Under the pieces are notes generated by a model. The model did no database searches, was not told the DNA's origin, and worked only from the letters and a program-made list of their open reading frames with translations. This document shows, in pieces, positions 48,223-57,608 of a stretch of 64,000 bases of DNA. A program made the position numbers and the translations under genes. Every line of letters starts with the position of its first letter. Position 1 is the stretch's first letter. The stretch spans positions 12,882 through 76,881 of the forward strand of contig JAFAQT010000427.1 in the NCBI GenBank assembly GCA_019246215.1, written 5' to 3'. This DNA comes from Verrucomicrobiota bacterium (GTDB lineage: Bacteria; Verrucomicrobiota; Verrucomicrobiia; Chthoniobacterales; JAFAMB01).

Positions 48223-48806
48223 TTCTTTCTAAACTCCTCAAGGTAATTCTGCAACTGCCGATGTGCATAGAAGAGCCGAGAGCGTACGGTAGCCTCGGGA
48301 ACTCCGAGGATTTTCGCAATCTCCGCGTGTGCCATGCCTTGAATGTCAAACATTGTCACCACTGCTCTATGCTCAACAGACAGCTTCATCATCGCTTCGT
48401 TCAATCTGTGTTGAAGTTCCGAAAGATCTACTTCGCGAACCGGGGTGTTCGCAGCCGTTAAATCAATGAACTCCTTGTCATTCTGCACATTGGCGTCCAA
48501 GTCGTCCAGACTCATCTGAAAACGGCGCCCACGTTTCTTTACGAAGTTAATCGTCATGTTCACCGCGATGGCATGGATCCAGGTGTAAAAACTGGACTTG
48601 CCTCGGAAGCCGTTGATCGATCGATACGCTTTGGCAAAAACTTCGAGTAGCAGATCGTTCGCGTCCTCATGGTTGGCCGTCATGTTGTAGATCAGCGAAT
48701 AAATCCGAGGGCTGTATTTTTTCCAAAGAAGGTCGAAGGCCCGAGTGTCGCCGCTCTGCGTCTGGCGAACCAACGCTTCATCGTCGGGCAAGTTCTGGTC
48801 GTCCAT
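48219..48806 (-). CDS. ECF-type RNA polymerase sigma-70 factor
   Basis: Region 2: FDLLWKKYSPRIYSLIYNMT.NHEDANDLLLEVFAKAYRSI..F....SFYTWIHAIAVN. Region 4: LSVEHRAVVTMFDIQGMAHAEIAKILGVPEATVRSRLFYAHRQL. Start at ATG 48806 or 48842. The track start at 48980 would overlap pal and is rejected. Confidence 0.9.
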   Translation of the reverse strand: MDDQNLPDDEALVRQTQSGDTRAFDLLWKKYSPRIYSLIYNMTANHEDANDLLLEVFAKAYRSINGFRGKSSFYTWIHAIAVNMTINFVKKRGRRFQMSLDDLDANVQNDKEFIDLTAANTPVREVDLSELQHRLNEAMMKLSVEHRAVVTMFDIQGMAHAEIAKILGVPEATVRSRLFYAHRQLQNYLEEFRKK

Positions 48807-48894
48807 TAACCCTTTGCTCTGCAATAGCGGATCAAACCCCATGAAGGCAGAGAAGGAAAGGGAAAACGGAAAACCGGATTTGCGGCCGCTGCGA

Positions 48895-49389
48895 TCAACG
48901 GACGACGCCACTTTCGACCCGGCGATTTTTCGCCCATGCGGATTCGTCATGTCCGGGATCGGCGGGCATTTCCTGGCCAAAACTCACTGTCTGGATGCGG
49001 CTTGCCGACACACCGAGCGAGAGCAGAAAATTTCTTGTGGCCTGAGCCCGGCGTTCCCCAAGTCCGCGATTGTATTCAGGGGTGCCCCTCTCATCCGTGA
49101 ATCCCGCAAGGATGATGTTATTGTGAGCGGTCTTCAAAAAACTCCCAATCTGTTTGAGCTTGGTTCCTTCATCAGGAGATATTTCAAAGCTGTCGAAAGC
49201 AAAATAGATGGGCTGAAATTGTCCCTTTGCGACGTTGTTGCTGAAGAACGAGACACCTTCCTGGCGTGGTGGAAGAGGCGTGCCGTTCACGTAGTCTCCT
49301 TGCGGTCCCGAGTACTCCTGTTTTTGCGGTTTTTGGCAGGCGGCAAGGCTCAGGGCCACCAAACAACTCAAAGCTGGTATTCCTTTCAT
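48895..49389 (-). CDS. pal: Peptidoglycan-associated lipoprotein (OmpA-family, Pal)
   Basis: Lipobox LSLAAC. OmpA-like domain: IYFAFDSFEISPDEGTKL...ILAGFTDERGTPEYNRGLGERRAQATRNFL...GVSASRIQTVSFGQEMP. Directly follows tolB. Confidence 0.88.
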   Translation of the reverse strand: MKGIPALSCLVALSLAACQKPQKQEYSGPQGDYVNGTPLPPRQEGVSFFSNNVAKGQFQPIYFAFDSFEISPDEGTKLKQIGSFLKTAHNNIILAGFTDERGTPEYNRGLGERRAQATRNFLLSLGVSASRIQTVSFGQEMPADPGHDESAWAKNRRVESGVVR

Positions 49390-49412
49390 TGTGCTCACAA
49401 AGACGTTTTTTT

Positions 49413-50567
49413 TCAACGGGACCAAGTCGGCTCGGAAATTTGTCCGAGATCGCTTACCAGGCGCGTCTCGCGGCCGGTAACAGTATCAAACAAATAAAGA
49501 CCGGTCCCTCTTGGAAGGATGATGTGTCGCGAATCGGGGCCCCAAACCGGGTTCCCGCCATTAGCTACAGCCACACGGGTTGCCCCTGAGTCGAAGTCGA
49601 GTATTGCCACTTGGAATCCGCCGCCGCTCCTGATATTAAAAGCGATTTTCCGGCCGTCCGCTGACCAATTAGGCTGTGTGTTGTAGCCAAAACCGGTTGG
49701 CAAGAGCCGGCTCGAGCCGCCCTGAGATGAAATGCGATAGAGTTGTGGTCCTCCCTTCTCATCGGAGGAGTAGATAATTTCTGTTCCATCGGGCGACCAC
49801 GTCGGAGAGGATTCTACGCCACGGCTTCGCGTCAGGCGGCGAGGCGAGTCGCCATTGATACCGGTCACGTAGATCTCCGGGTTGCCATCTTTGCTCATCG
49901 TGCATGCAATGCGAGTTCCGTCGGGAGAGATTGCGGCGCCCGAGTTGGTTCCGGGGAATTTGATGATGCGATTGCGGGCTCCGCTGGTCAGATCGACCAG
50001 GTAAATATCAGCATAGCCGCTCTGATAGCCGGTATAAGCAAGCCGCCGACCATCTGCGGACAATGCCGGGCTAACACTGATTGCGCCGTCGTGCGTCAGT
50101 TGGAGCGTCCGCGCTCCGTCATAGTCGCAGGTATAAATTTCTTTGTGGCCGCTTCGATCAGCTACGAAAGCAACCTTCGAGAGCGCAATCCCTTTCTGAC
50201 CTGTCACCGTCTCGATCAGGTCATTTGTAAACTGGTGAACGGCGTGCCGGGTCTCCCCCGGGTAACTTTTTTGCAAAACGATGCCACCGGATTTCTCGGT
50301 GGCCAGTCCGTTGAAAGAACCGGGCGAGGCGGTGCCGCTGACCGTGATAGTGGCTGTGGCCGCGTTAGCTGGATATAACGCACCAGAGAGCTGTATGTCG
50401 CTTTTCAAGATGCTAGTGGCCTCACGCCCTGCTTGGCCGCTGATCTCTTTAACCTCGACTTGTTGTGAGGTCCCTTTGTGAACCGTTATCACGGGTGCAC
50501 CGGAATCTTGGCCAAACAGAGCGGTTGCGAAACAAAGGGAGAGAACAACCAATGGCGAAACGTTCAT
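49413..50567 (-). CDS. tolB: Tol-Pal system beta-propeller protein TolB
   Basis: Signal peptide from ATG 50567 (MNVSPLVVLSLCFATALFGQ). Repeated PD40/WD40-like blades (SPALSADGRRLAY, ISPDGTRIA, PTWSPDGTEIIY, PNWSADGRKIAF). Upstream of pal. Confidence 0.88.
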   Translation of the reverse strand: MNVSPLVVLSLCFATALFGQDSGAPVITVHKGTSQQVEVKEISGQAGREATSILKSDIQLSGALYPANAATATITVSGTASPGSFNGLATEKSGGIVLQKSYPGETRHAVHQFTNDLIETVTGQKGIALSKVAFVADRSGHKEIYTCDYDGARTLQLTHDGAISVSPALSADGRRLAYTGYQSGYADIYLVDLTSGARNRIIKFPGTNSGAAISPDGTRIACTMSKDGNPEIYVTGINGDSPRRLTRSRGVESSPTWSPDGTEIIYSSDEKGGPQLYRISSQGGSSRLLPTGFGYNTQPNWSADGRKIAFNIRSGGGFQVAILDFDSGATRVAVANGGNPVWGPDSRHIILPRGTGLYLFDTVTGRETRLVSDLGQISEPTWSR

Positions 50568-50688
50568 CGTACTTATTGCGCTTTTGCCATTTACCTGCTC
50601 AACGTCTGAAGTCAATCCGAACGCCCGGACCGCGGCGGACCTAATTGCTTTACACTGCAGGCTTTCGCCCGCTAGGTTCGCATCTTTC

Positions 50689-51654
50689 ATGATTCATCGT
50701 GTTCGCAAAGCATTCGTGCTTGGTGCCGGCTTAGGGGTTCGGATGCGGCCTTTGACGAACCTCCTGCCGAAACCATTGCTTCCGATCTTTGGGAAGCCGC
50801 TGATCACGTTTGCCCTCGACCATTTGCGCCAGGCCGGAATCGAGAAATTCTGGGTCAACTTGCACCATTTGCCGCAACAATTTGCCGCACATTTTCCGAA
50901 CAACGAATATAATGGGACGCCTCTTGAGCTGGTGCATGAAGCAGCTTTACTAGAGACCGGAGGCGGGATCAAAAACATCCAAGATCGGATCGGGAATGAG
51001 GCTTTTGTCGTTTACAGCGGTGATATCCTGACCGATTTGCCCGTCCAACTCCTGATCGAGGAACATTATTCAAAGCGCAACGATGTGACTTTGGCTCTGA
51101 GGACCACCAGTTTTTCGGCGAAGATCCGTTGGCAACCGGAAACGGGCCGAGTCGTTAACCTGCTCGGGCCTCCAAAGTCTAGCCAACCTGGCCAATACGA
51201 TTTTGCCGGTATTTCGGTCTGGAACCCGTCTGTTTTTGCCCGGATACCGCGTTCCACCAGCATTTCCTTGGTCCCGATCATCATTGAATGGATGAAATCG
51301 GGTGGAAAAATCGGCGGGATTCCCTTGGAAGAAAGCCGCTGGTTCAACGTCGGTTCCAGGAAGGATTACCTCTCTGCACACCAAATTATTGCGCGGGAAC
51401 GATGGGTACCTGATTACCTGCGCGGTGGTTCTTGGCCGATCCAAATCGATATTTCGGCTCAGATCTCACCAGAGACCAAGATCCTTGGGGGATCCTTCGT
51501 AGGAGCTCGATGCAATATCGGGAGAGACGTTCTTCTGGAGGATTCGATTTTGTTTGCTGGTTCCTCTATTCCTCGCAGGACAACGCTGCGGTCCTGCATC
51601 GTAGCAGGCATTGAGATTGAACCGGGCGAATATCTGGAGACGGATTTTGTATGA
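50689..51654 (+). CDS. Sugar-1-phosphate nucleotidyltransferase (MurU-like) with a C-terminal left-handed beta-helix
   Basis: NTP-transferase motif AFVLGAGLGVRMRPLT...PKPLLPI.GKPLI. Hexapeptide-repeat tail. Paired with an AmgK-like kinase. The MurNAc-1-P specificity is inferred from that pairing only. Confidence 0.6.
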   Translation: MIHRVRKAFVLGAGLGVRMRPLTNLLPKPLLPIFGKPLITFALDHLRQAGIEKFWVNLHHLPQQFAAHFPNNEYNGTPLELVHEAALLETGGGIKNIQDRIGNEAFVVYSGDILTDLPVQLLIEEHYSKRNDVTLALRTTSFSAKIRWQPETGRVVNLLGPPKSSQPGQYDFAGISVWNPSVFARIPRSTSISLVPIIIEWMKSGGKIGGIPLEESRWFNVGSRKDYLSAHQIIARERWVPDYLRGGSWPIQIDISAQISPETKILGGSFVGARCNIGRDVLLEDSILFAGSSIPRRTTLRSCIVAGIEIEPGEYLETDFV

Positions 51655-52658
51655 GCTTGGAGCGACTTGTCGATCAAACCCGTGAGCGTTTTCCGCATTA
51701 TGACAAATCAAATGTTGAAATTCTGCCGCTCGAAAAAGGTGGCTCCGACCGAAGCTATTATCGTGTGCGCTTCAGCACGGACCATTCACTGATCCTTGTA
51801 ACGTACAATCCCGAGAAACCAGAAAACGAACGGTTCGTTGCCATCGCCAAGTTCCTAAATGAGATCGGGGTAAACGCGCCTTTCATCTACCATCATGACC
51901 ACCTTCAAGGTCTGATCTGGATGCAGGATCTGGGCGAAGAAGATCTCTGGCACTACCGCAATGAGCCTTGGGGCACTCGACGCCGCTTTTATGAAGCTGC
52001 CCTAGACCAGATAGGGTTATTGCACAGCTCCGATCCGGACTCCGGGAAAAAGCTGCACCTGCAATCCTGCTTCGACGAATCGCTTTATCGGTGGGAACAA
52101 AATTACTGCTTGCAGAATTGTTTCGGGCTTTATTTCCAGCTTCCGGCAACCGAAATAGATAAGCTGCGGCGACATGCGGCATTCGATAATCTCGCCAAAC
52201 GATTAGCTTCCTATCAAAGAGTTTTGGTCCACCGCGATTTTCAATCGCAGAACATCATCGTCTGGAACGAACAACTATACTTGATCGATTTCCAGGGGCT
52301 ACGCCCCGGGTTGCGTCAATATGATCTGGCCTCCCTCTTGTTCGATCCGTACGTCACCTTCGTTCATCAGGAACGCGAGCACCTTTTCCAATATTACTTT
52401 GAACGGAATGACCATGGCTGCACGTTGCCGGAGTTTGAGCGAGTATATCTAGACTGCGGGATTCAACGTCTGATGCAGGCACTCGGCGCCTATGGCGTGC
52501 TTGGAGTACTACGGGAAAAGAAGGAATTCCTGCGCCATATTCGACCCGCGATAAAAACGTTGATCGAGGTTGCGTCCGCCGCAGAGAACTTTAGCTTCTT
52601 TGCAGAATTTTTAACTGGTCTTCCGGACAGACCTAAACCCCAGGATCGACTCGCGTGA
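51651..52658 (+). CDS. Aminoglycoside-phosphotransferase-fold anomeric sugar kinase (AmgK-like)
   Basis: APH/choline-kinase catalytic loop: LVHRDFQSQNIIVWNEQLYLIDFQG...YDLASLLFDPY. 4-nt overlap with the upstream nucleotidyltransferase gene. Confidence 0.6.
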   Translation: MSLERLVDQTRERFPHYDKSNVEILPLEKGGSDRSYYRVRFSTDHSLILVTYNPEKPENERFVAIAKFLNEIGVNAPFIYHHDHLQGLIWMQDLGEEDLWHYRNEPWGTRRRFYEAALDQIGLLHSSDPDSGKKLHLQSCFDESLYRWEQNYCLQNCFGLYFQLPATEIDKLRRHAAFDNLAKRLASYQRVLVHRDFQSQNIIVWNEQLYLIDFQGLRPGLRQYDLASLLFDPYVTFVHQEREHLFQYYFERNDHGCTLPEFERVYLDCGIQRLMQALGAYGVLGVLREKKEFLRHIRPAIKTLIEVASAAENFSFFAEFLTGLPDRPKPQDRLA

Positions 52659-54655
52659 CCACAAAAAAGACCGATTTAGAACGGTTACAAACCGTTGTCA
52701 TAGAAAATCTTGAGCCTTGCATCGACGCAGGGCGTTATCCCATTAAGAGGGTTATTGGCCAAGAGCTGAACGTTTCAGCCGACATTTTCAAGGATGGTCA
52801 TGATCAGCTTTCGGCTAATCTCAAATGGCGAAAGGCAACCAGTACAGATTGGAACCGGACACCGATGAAGCCGACCGAAAATGACCGATGGGAAGGCGTT
52901 TGTCATTTCATCGAAAATGCGCCCCACGAATACACCATTGAGGCTTGGGAGGATCACTTCAAATCGTGGCAGGTCGAATATGCCAAGAAGTACGGCGCCG
53001 GGAACACGGACCTCAGAACTGAACTCGAGGAAGGCGCGATTCTCGTGGCAAAGGCTGCTGAACGTGCTAGGCGCAAAGACGACCAGAAACGTTTAGCGCT
53101 CTTTTCGCAGCAACTGAAAAATGCAGATGCTCATTTTGGTGCCCAATTGGCTAAAAATCCTGAATTGACGGGATTAATGGGTGCGTGGCCCGATCTCGAT
53201 CTGAGCACGGAACTGCGCCCTTATCTTCGAGTGACCGTGGATCGCTCGGAAGCGCTCTTTGCGGCCTGGTACGAATTTTTCCCGCGCTCTGCAGACGGTA
53301 AGCCGAATACCGGGTCGAAGTTTCGCGATTGCCTAGGCCGAATCGACGATGCAAAAGCGATGGGTTTCGATGTTATCTATTTTCCTCCGATTCATCCGAT
53401 CGGATTTACGAAGCGAAAAGGGAAAAATAATTCTACCACCAGTGAACCGGGCGATCCCGGTGTCCCCTACGCAATCGGCAGCCAGTTTGGTGGCCACAAA
53501 GCTGTAGAACCAGAACTCGGCACGTTGGACGATTTTGATTGGCTCGTGGATGAGGTGCACGCAAGAGGGATGGAAATTGCGCTAGATTTTGCGATCAACT
53601 GTTCTCCGGACCATCCTTATGTTAAAGAGCATCCTGACTGGTTTTTTCATCGTCCAGACGGATCCATCAAATATGCTGAAAATCCGCCCAAAAAGTATGA
53701 GGATGTTTATCCGCTGAATTTCTATAATCCTGACTGGAAGAATCTCTGGGAGGAAATGAAGGAGGTGATTCTTTTCTGGGTACGCCACGGAGTTCGCATT
53801 TTCCGCGTGGACAATCCGCATACCAAACCGAACTCTTTTTGGGAATGGATGATATCGGAAGTCCAGAGGGATTATCCGGATGTGATTTTTCTGGCGGAAG
53901 CCTTCACGCGGCCCAAGATGATGAAGGCGCTAGCGAAGGGAGGGTTTACACAATCTTACACCTACTTCACATGGCGAAATACCAAATGGGAACTGAGTGA
54001 GTACCTCTCTGAACTTACTCAGACAGAAATGAAGTATTACTTCCGCGCGAACTTTTTTCCGAATACACCGGATATTTTGCCGTTCTTCTTGCAGACGGGC
54101 GGCCGCCCTGCTTTTTTGATTCGCGCCGTTCTTGCTGCGACGTTGAGCACTGTGTATGGCATCTACAGCGGGTTTGAGCTATGTGAAAATGTCGCGGTTT
54201 CGGGCAAAGAAGAATATCTCAATTCGGAAAAATACCAGTTCAAAGAACGGGATTGGAATGCACCCGGCAATATCAAAGATTACATCGCAAAGCTAAACGC
54301 GATTCGGCGTGCTAACCGCGCGATGCACGAATACGAGAATCTCCGATTCCATACCGTCGAAAACGAACACATATTATTCTACTCCAAGGCGACAGAAGCC
54401 CTCGACAACATCATCCTGGTTCTGGTCAGTGTCGATCCGTTCAATCCGCAGAGCGGATTTGCCTATGTCCCGGTGGAAAATTTCCAGATCGACGTCGCGG
54501 ATTCATACCAGGTCGAGGATCTGATAACGGGCGAGAAATTCACTTGGCGCGGGCGCCGGAATTTCGTGATGCTCGATCCAAATTCTCGTCCTGCACATAT
54601 CTTTCGCATCCGGCGTCTGATCGGGATGGATGGAGCGCAAATGATCTTCGCATGA
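52655..54655 (+). CDS. glgE: Alpha-1,4-glucan:maltose-1-phosphate maltosyltransferase
   Basis: GlgE N-terminal domain: IDAGRYPIKRVIGQELNVSADIFKDGHDQLSANLKWRK. GH13 core: IYFPPIHPIG...GSQFGGH...LGTLDDFDWLV...GMEIALDFA...HPDWF...FRVDNPHTKP..FWEW...FLAEAFTRP. Confidence 0.85.
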   Translation: MTTKKTDLERLQTVVIENLEPCIDAGRYPIKRVIGQELNVSADIFKDGHDQLSANLKWRKATSTDWNRTPMKPTENDRWEGVCHFIENAPHEYTIEAWEDHFKSWQVEYAKKYGAGNTDLRTELEEGAILVAKAAERARRKDDQKRLALFSQQLKNADAHFGAQLAKNPELTGLMGAWPDLDLSTELRPYLRVTVDRSEALFAAWYEFFPRSADGKPNTGSKFRDCLGRIDDAKAMGFDVIYFPPIHPIGFTKRKGKNNSTTSEPGDPGVPYAIGSQFGGHKAVEPELGTLDDFDWLVDEVHARGMEIALDFAINCSPDHPYVKEHPDWFFHRPDGSIKYAENPPKKYEDVYPLNFYNPDWKNLWEEMKEVILFWVRHGVRIFRVDNPHTKPNSFWEWMISEVQRDYPDVIFLAEAFTRPKMMKALAKGGFTQSYTYFTWRNTKWELSEYLSELTQTEMKYYFRANFFPNTPDILPFFLQTGGRPAFLIRAVLAATLSTVYGIYSGFELCENVAVSGKEEYLNSEKYQFKERDWNAPGNIKDYIAKLNAIRRANRAMHEYENLRFHTVENEHILFYSKATEALDNIILVLVSVDPFNPQSGFAYVPVENFQIDVADSYQVEDLITGEKFTWRGRRNFVMLDPNSRPAHIFRIRRLIGMDGAQMIFA

Positions 54656-56064
54656 GAAAGGCTGTCTGGTTCGGGATTTTTGTTGCGGCATTCCTGTTTG
54701 GGTGTGGCCAGTCCAAAGAACAGGCGATTCAGGAATTGGAGAGATTGAACCTGAAATTTGCGCCAGATGATTTTGTGCAGTCGGCGGAAAAAGGGGATGT
54801 CAAGGCGATCCAACTCTTTTTGAATGCGGGTATCGACTGCGATGTTCAAAACGCCACGGGGTCTACGGCTCTAATGGCCGCTGCAAAAAATGGGCGAATC
54901 GAAGTGGTGAAGAAGTTGCTGGACCAGAAAGTGGATGTGAATGCCGTGGGTAAACAGGGAGTAACTGCTCTCATGCTGGCGGCGCAGAATAATCAAGTCG
55001 AGATCGTTAAGCTGCTTTTGAAAAAGAATGCGGATCCGAATGTGGAGGACCAAACCGGATGGTCGGCTCTGATGAAGGCCGTCTACCAAGGAAACACAGA
55101 TTGCGTAGCAGCTCTCGCCGCACGGTCGCGGCAGGAAGTGAATCGAGGATTGCTCATCGCCGCATTGACCGGGCATAAAGAGATCGCGAAGATCTTGCTC
55201 GACAATGGAGCCGAGATAGACACCCGAGCGGATGACGGACGGACTCCTTTGATGCTCGCGGCGGGCAAGGGTGACAACGATCTTGTGTCGTTTCTGTTGC
55301 AGGCCGGCGCCGATCCAACCCGCACTGATAAATCCGGTGCGACTGCAAGTTCCCTGGCGATCGCAAAGGGTTATAAAGTAATAGCAGATCGGTTAGAGAA
55401 GGCGCCGGTACCGCCGAGCGTCAATGCTTCCCCTTCAAATGCAGTCGCAACCCGCAATAGTTCGAAGCCAACTGGGGTAATGTCAGATCAGGATCTCCTC
55501 TCTCAACCGGAAGAAAGAAAGAGTTCTGTTTCCGATTCTCGCCGGACCGCTAACCCGGGAAACTCTGCCAAGGTGCCGGGCGATTCTGTTCAGACCAAAC
55601 CTGCTACCGTTATGGAGATCGAGCAGGAGTTTCTCCCGGTGAAACTCACCGAGGTCAACGGGAAAAAGGCAATGATTCAAGCTGCTGACGGAGAAAAATA
55701 CAGCGTTGCGATCGGAGACCAGTTGAAGGGTCTGGATTATAAGGTGACCGATGTTGTCATGCGCAGCACGGAAGACAAAGATGGCAATCCAGTGGATGAC
55801 TCCATCGTCAAGCTGCGAAATACGAAATCTGGGCAGTCTGTTGCGCTCATCAAAGGCGTGCCTGCACAGGAACACGCTGCGTACGCGATACTCGCTTTTC
55901 CTGGCTCTGATCAGACGCTAAAAATTGAAGTGGACCAAACTTTCTCGATTCCTGGGGATCCCGGTCACACCTACATAGTTTTGGATATTCGCCCGACACA
56001 GGTCATCATCCGGCGGATCGAGGACAATCGCGTCTCCACGCTGGAAAAAAAATCTCATAGCTGA
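54652..56064 (+). CDS. Ankyrin-repeat lipoprotein with a C-terminal beta-rich domain
   Basis: The ATG overlaps the glgE stop (ATGA). Signal/lipobox: MRKAVWFGIFVAAFLFGCG. About six or seven ankyrin repeats (e.g. GSTALMAAAKNGRIEVVKKLLDQKVDVN, GVTALMLAAQNNQVEIVKLLLKKNADPN, GRTPLMLAAGKGDNDLVSFLLQAGADP). These are followed by a Ser/Pro linker and a ~150-aa domain. Confidence 0.8.
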   Translation: MRKAVWFGIFVAAFLFGCGQSKEQAIQELERLNLKFAPDDFVQSAEKGDVKAIQLFLNAGIDCDVQNATGSTALMAAAKNGRIEVVKKLLDQKVDVNAVGKQGVTALMLAAQNNQVEIVKLLLKKNADPNVEDQTGWSALMKAVYQGNTDCVAALAARSRQEVNRGLLIAALTGHKEIAKILLDNGAEIDTRADDGRTPLMLAAGKGDNDLVSFLLQAGADPTRTDKSGATASSLAIAKGYKVIADRLEKAPVPPSVNASPSNAVATRNSSKPTGVMSDQDLLSQPEERKSSVSDSRRTANPGNSAKVPGDSVQTKPATVMEIEQEFLPVKLTEVNGKKAMIQAADGEKYSVAIGDQLKGLDYKVTDVVMRSTEDKDGNPVDDSIVKLRNTKSGQSVALIKGVPAQEHAAYAILAFPGSDQTLKIEVDQTFSIPGDPGHTYIVLDIRPTQVIIRRIEDNRVSTLEKKSHS

Positions 56065-56075
56065 AAAACCTGATT

Positions 56076-56891
56076 ATGAAAATTCCTCTTGAAGACCTTT
56101 TTGAAGATATTGTTGGAAAAGCGCAGCGGGGTCTACAGGTCAGTGACCAGGAGCTTTGTCAGCGAGCCCGCCTGGCTCTGGAAGAATTCCGGTTGCTCAA
56201 GAAGGGTTCAGGAACACCGGCATCGGTTCCCGGAATCGCTGAAGCTCTTGGACTCGGGCCGAACGCGTTGACTGCCAGTTACGCGAAGAGTTGGTACCCG
56301 ACCGATGTGCCGGAGATCGATGGAACGAAACAGTTTAATAGTCCGCTGATCGATATGACGGTAAACGCTTATCTGGTTTGGGATCCCGAAAACAAAGAGG
56401 CCGCGGTATTCGACACCGGGGCCGATGCAACCGAGCTTTTGGCTTTCATTGATTCCACTCGGCTTAGCGTGAAATATCTTTTTCTGACCCATACGCACCA
56501 AGATCATGTTGCAGATCTTGGCGCGATTGCAAAAAAGACACAGGCTGAGATTTTTTCGCCGGAACTGGAACGATTGCCGGAGACTAAAGTTGTCTGCCAA
56601 GGCGACCATATACAACTTGGTAAGCTGGGAATCGAAGCAAGGCTGACGAATGGCCATTCGCCTGGCGGCACATCCTACGTCGTGCAGGGTCTGCAAAATA
56701 CGGTCGCCGTCGTTGGCGACTCGTTATTTGCCGGATCAATGGGCGGTGCTCCGAACGACTATCAGAAGGCTCTTCGGAACAATTTGGAAAAGTTGCTCTC
56801 TCTGCCCGGAGATACCCTGATCTGTCCCGGTCACGGTCCCCTCACTACTGTTGCGAACGAATGGGAGCACAACCCCTTTTTTGCACATTAG
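56076..56891 (+). CDS. MBL-fold metallo-hydrolase (glyoxalase II-like)
   Basis: LTHTHQDHVADLG, later NGHSPGG and PGHGP. Has an N-terminal extension of about 90 aa. Confidence 0.8.
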   Translation: MKIPLEDLFEDIVGKAQRGLQVSDQELCQRARLALEEFRLLKKGSGTPASVPGIAEALGLGPNALTASYAKSWYPTDVPEIDGTKQFNSPLIDMTVNAYLVWDPENKEAAVFDTGADATELLAFIDSTRLSVKYLFLTHTHQDHVADLGAIAKKTQAEIFSPELERLPETKVVCQGDHIQLGKLGIEARLTNGHSPGGTSYVVQGLQNTVAVVGDSLFAGSMGGAPNDYQKALRNNLEKLLSLPGDTLICPGHGPLTTVANEWEHNPFFAH

Positions 56892-56894
56892 AAA

Positions 56895-57608
56895 ATGGAA
56901 TCGCTGCCGCCTGATGCATTGTCTCATAGGTGGGAGGCATACCGCCTCGGCGATTTGGCTGGGTTTCAACAGGCGAGCAACGAGCATGCTTCGATCTTAC
57001 GTGGGACGCCGAGTCTCCCATCTATGAGCCGAGGCACTAGTATTCTGGAACGCTTCTCTTTACGTGAAATCTTCCCTACTGATCGGCTGATTGAAGTTGA
57101 TCTGGGTTCGGGTCCCGGAAAGTTTCTGGTGGAATCGGCGCTACAATTCCCGGATCGAAATTTCTTGGGCATCGAACGGCTCCTTGGACGAGTGCGCAAG
57201 ACGTGTCGCGCCGCATCGGAGATCGGGTTGCCGAATCTCCGGGTATGGCGATTGGAACTCGAGTATACCGTTCGGTATCTTTTGCCCGAAAATTCAGTCT
57301 GGCGTTTTCACTTAAATTTTCCTGACCCATGGCCCAAACGAAGGCATCAACGCCGTCGTGTTGTTGACAGTGAGTTTTTGGACGCTATCAATCGCAGCTT
57401 GATCAACGGCGGAGAGTTCCGGATTAAGACCGATCATGAAGCTTATTTCGAGCAAATCACAAAGACAGTCGCCCGGTCGGATCTCTGGAATACGATAGAA
57501 TGGGCTGAGGAGGGTTATCCGCGTACCGATTTTGAGGAACAGTTTCTGCGGAAGAACTTGCCCATTTATCGGCTCAGACTCGGCAAACGAACCTCGGATC
57601 CGCAGTAA
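56895..57608 (+). CDS. trmB: tRNA (guanine46-N7)-methyltransferase
   Basis: SAM motif EVDLGSGPGKF...LGIE, and NFPDPWPKRRHQRRR. Confidence 0.88.
   Translation: MESLPPDALSHRWEAYRLGDLAGFQQASNEHASILRGTPSLPSMSRGTSILERFSLREIFPTDRLIEVDLGSGPGKFLVESALQFPDRNFLGIERLLGRVRKTCRAASEIGLPNLRVWRLELEYTVRYLLPENSVWRFHLNFPDPWPKRRHQRRRVVDSEFLDAINRSLINGGEFRIKTDHEAYFEQITKTVARSDLWNTIEWAEEGYPRTDFEEQFLRKNLPIYRLRLGKRTSDPQ

Noticed and set aside
48807-48980. An extended N-terminus for the ECF sigma factor (track start 48980)
   Set aside because: It would overlap the pal coding region by 86 nt and would add a non-conserved leader before sigma region 2. Internal ATGs at 48842 and 48806 fit typical ECF lengths.
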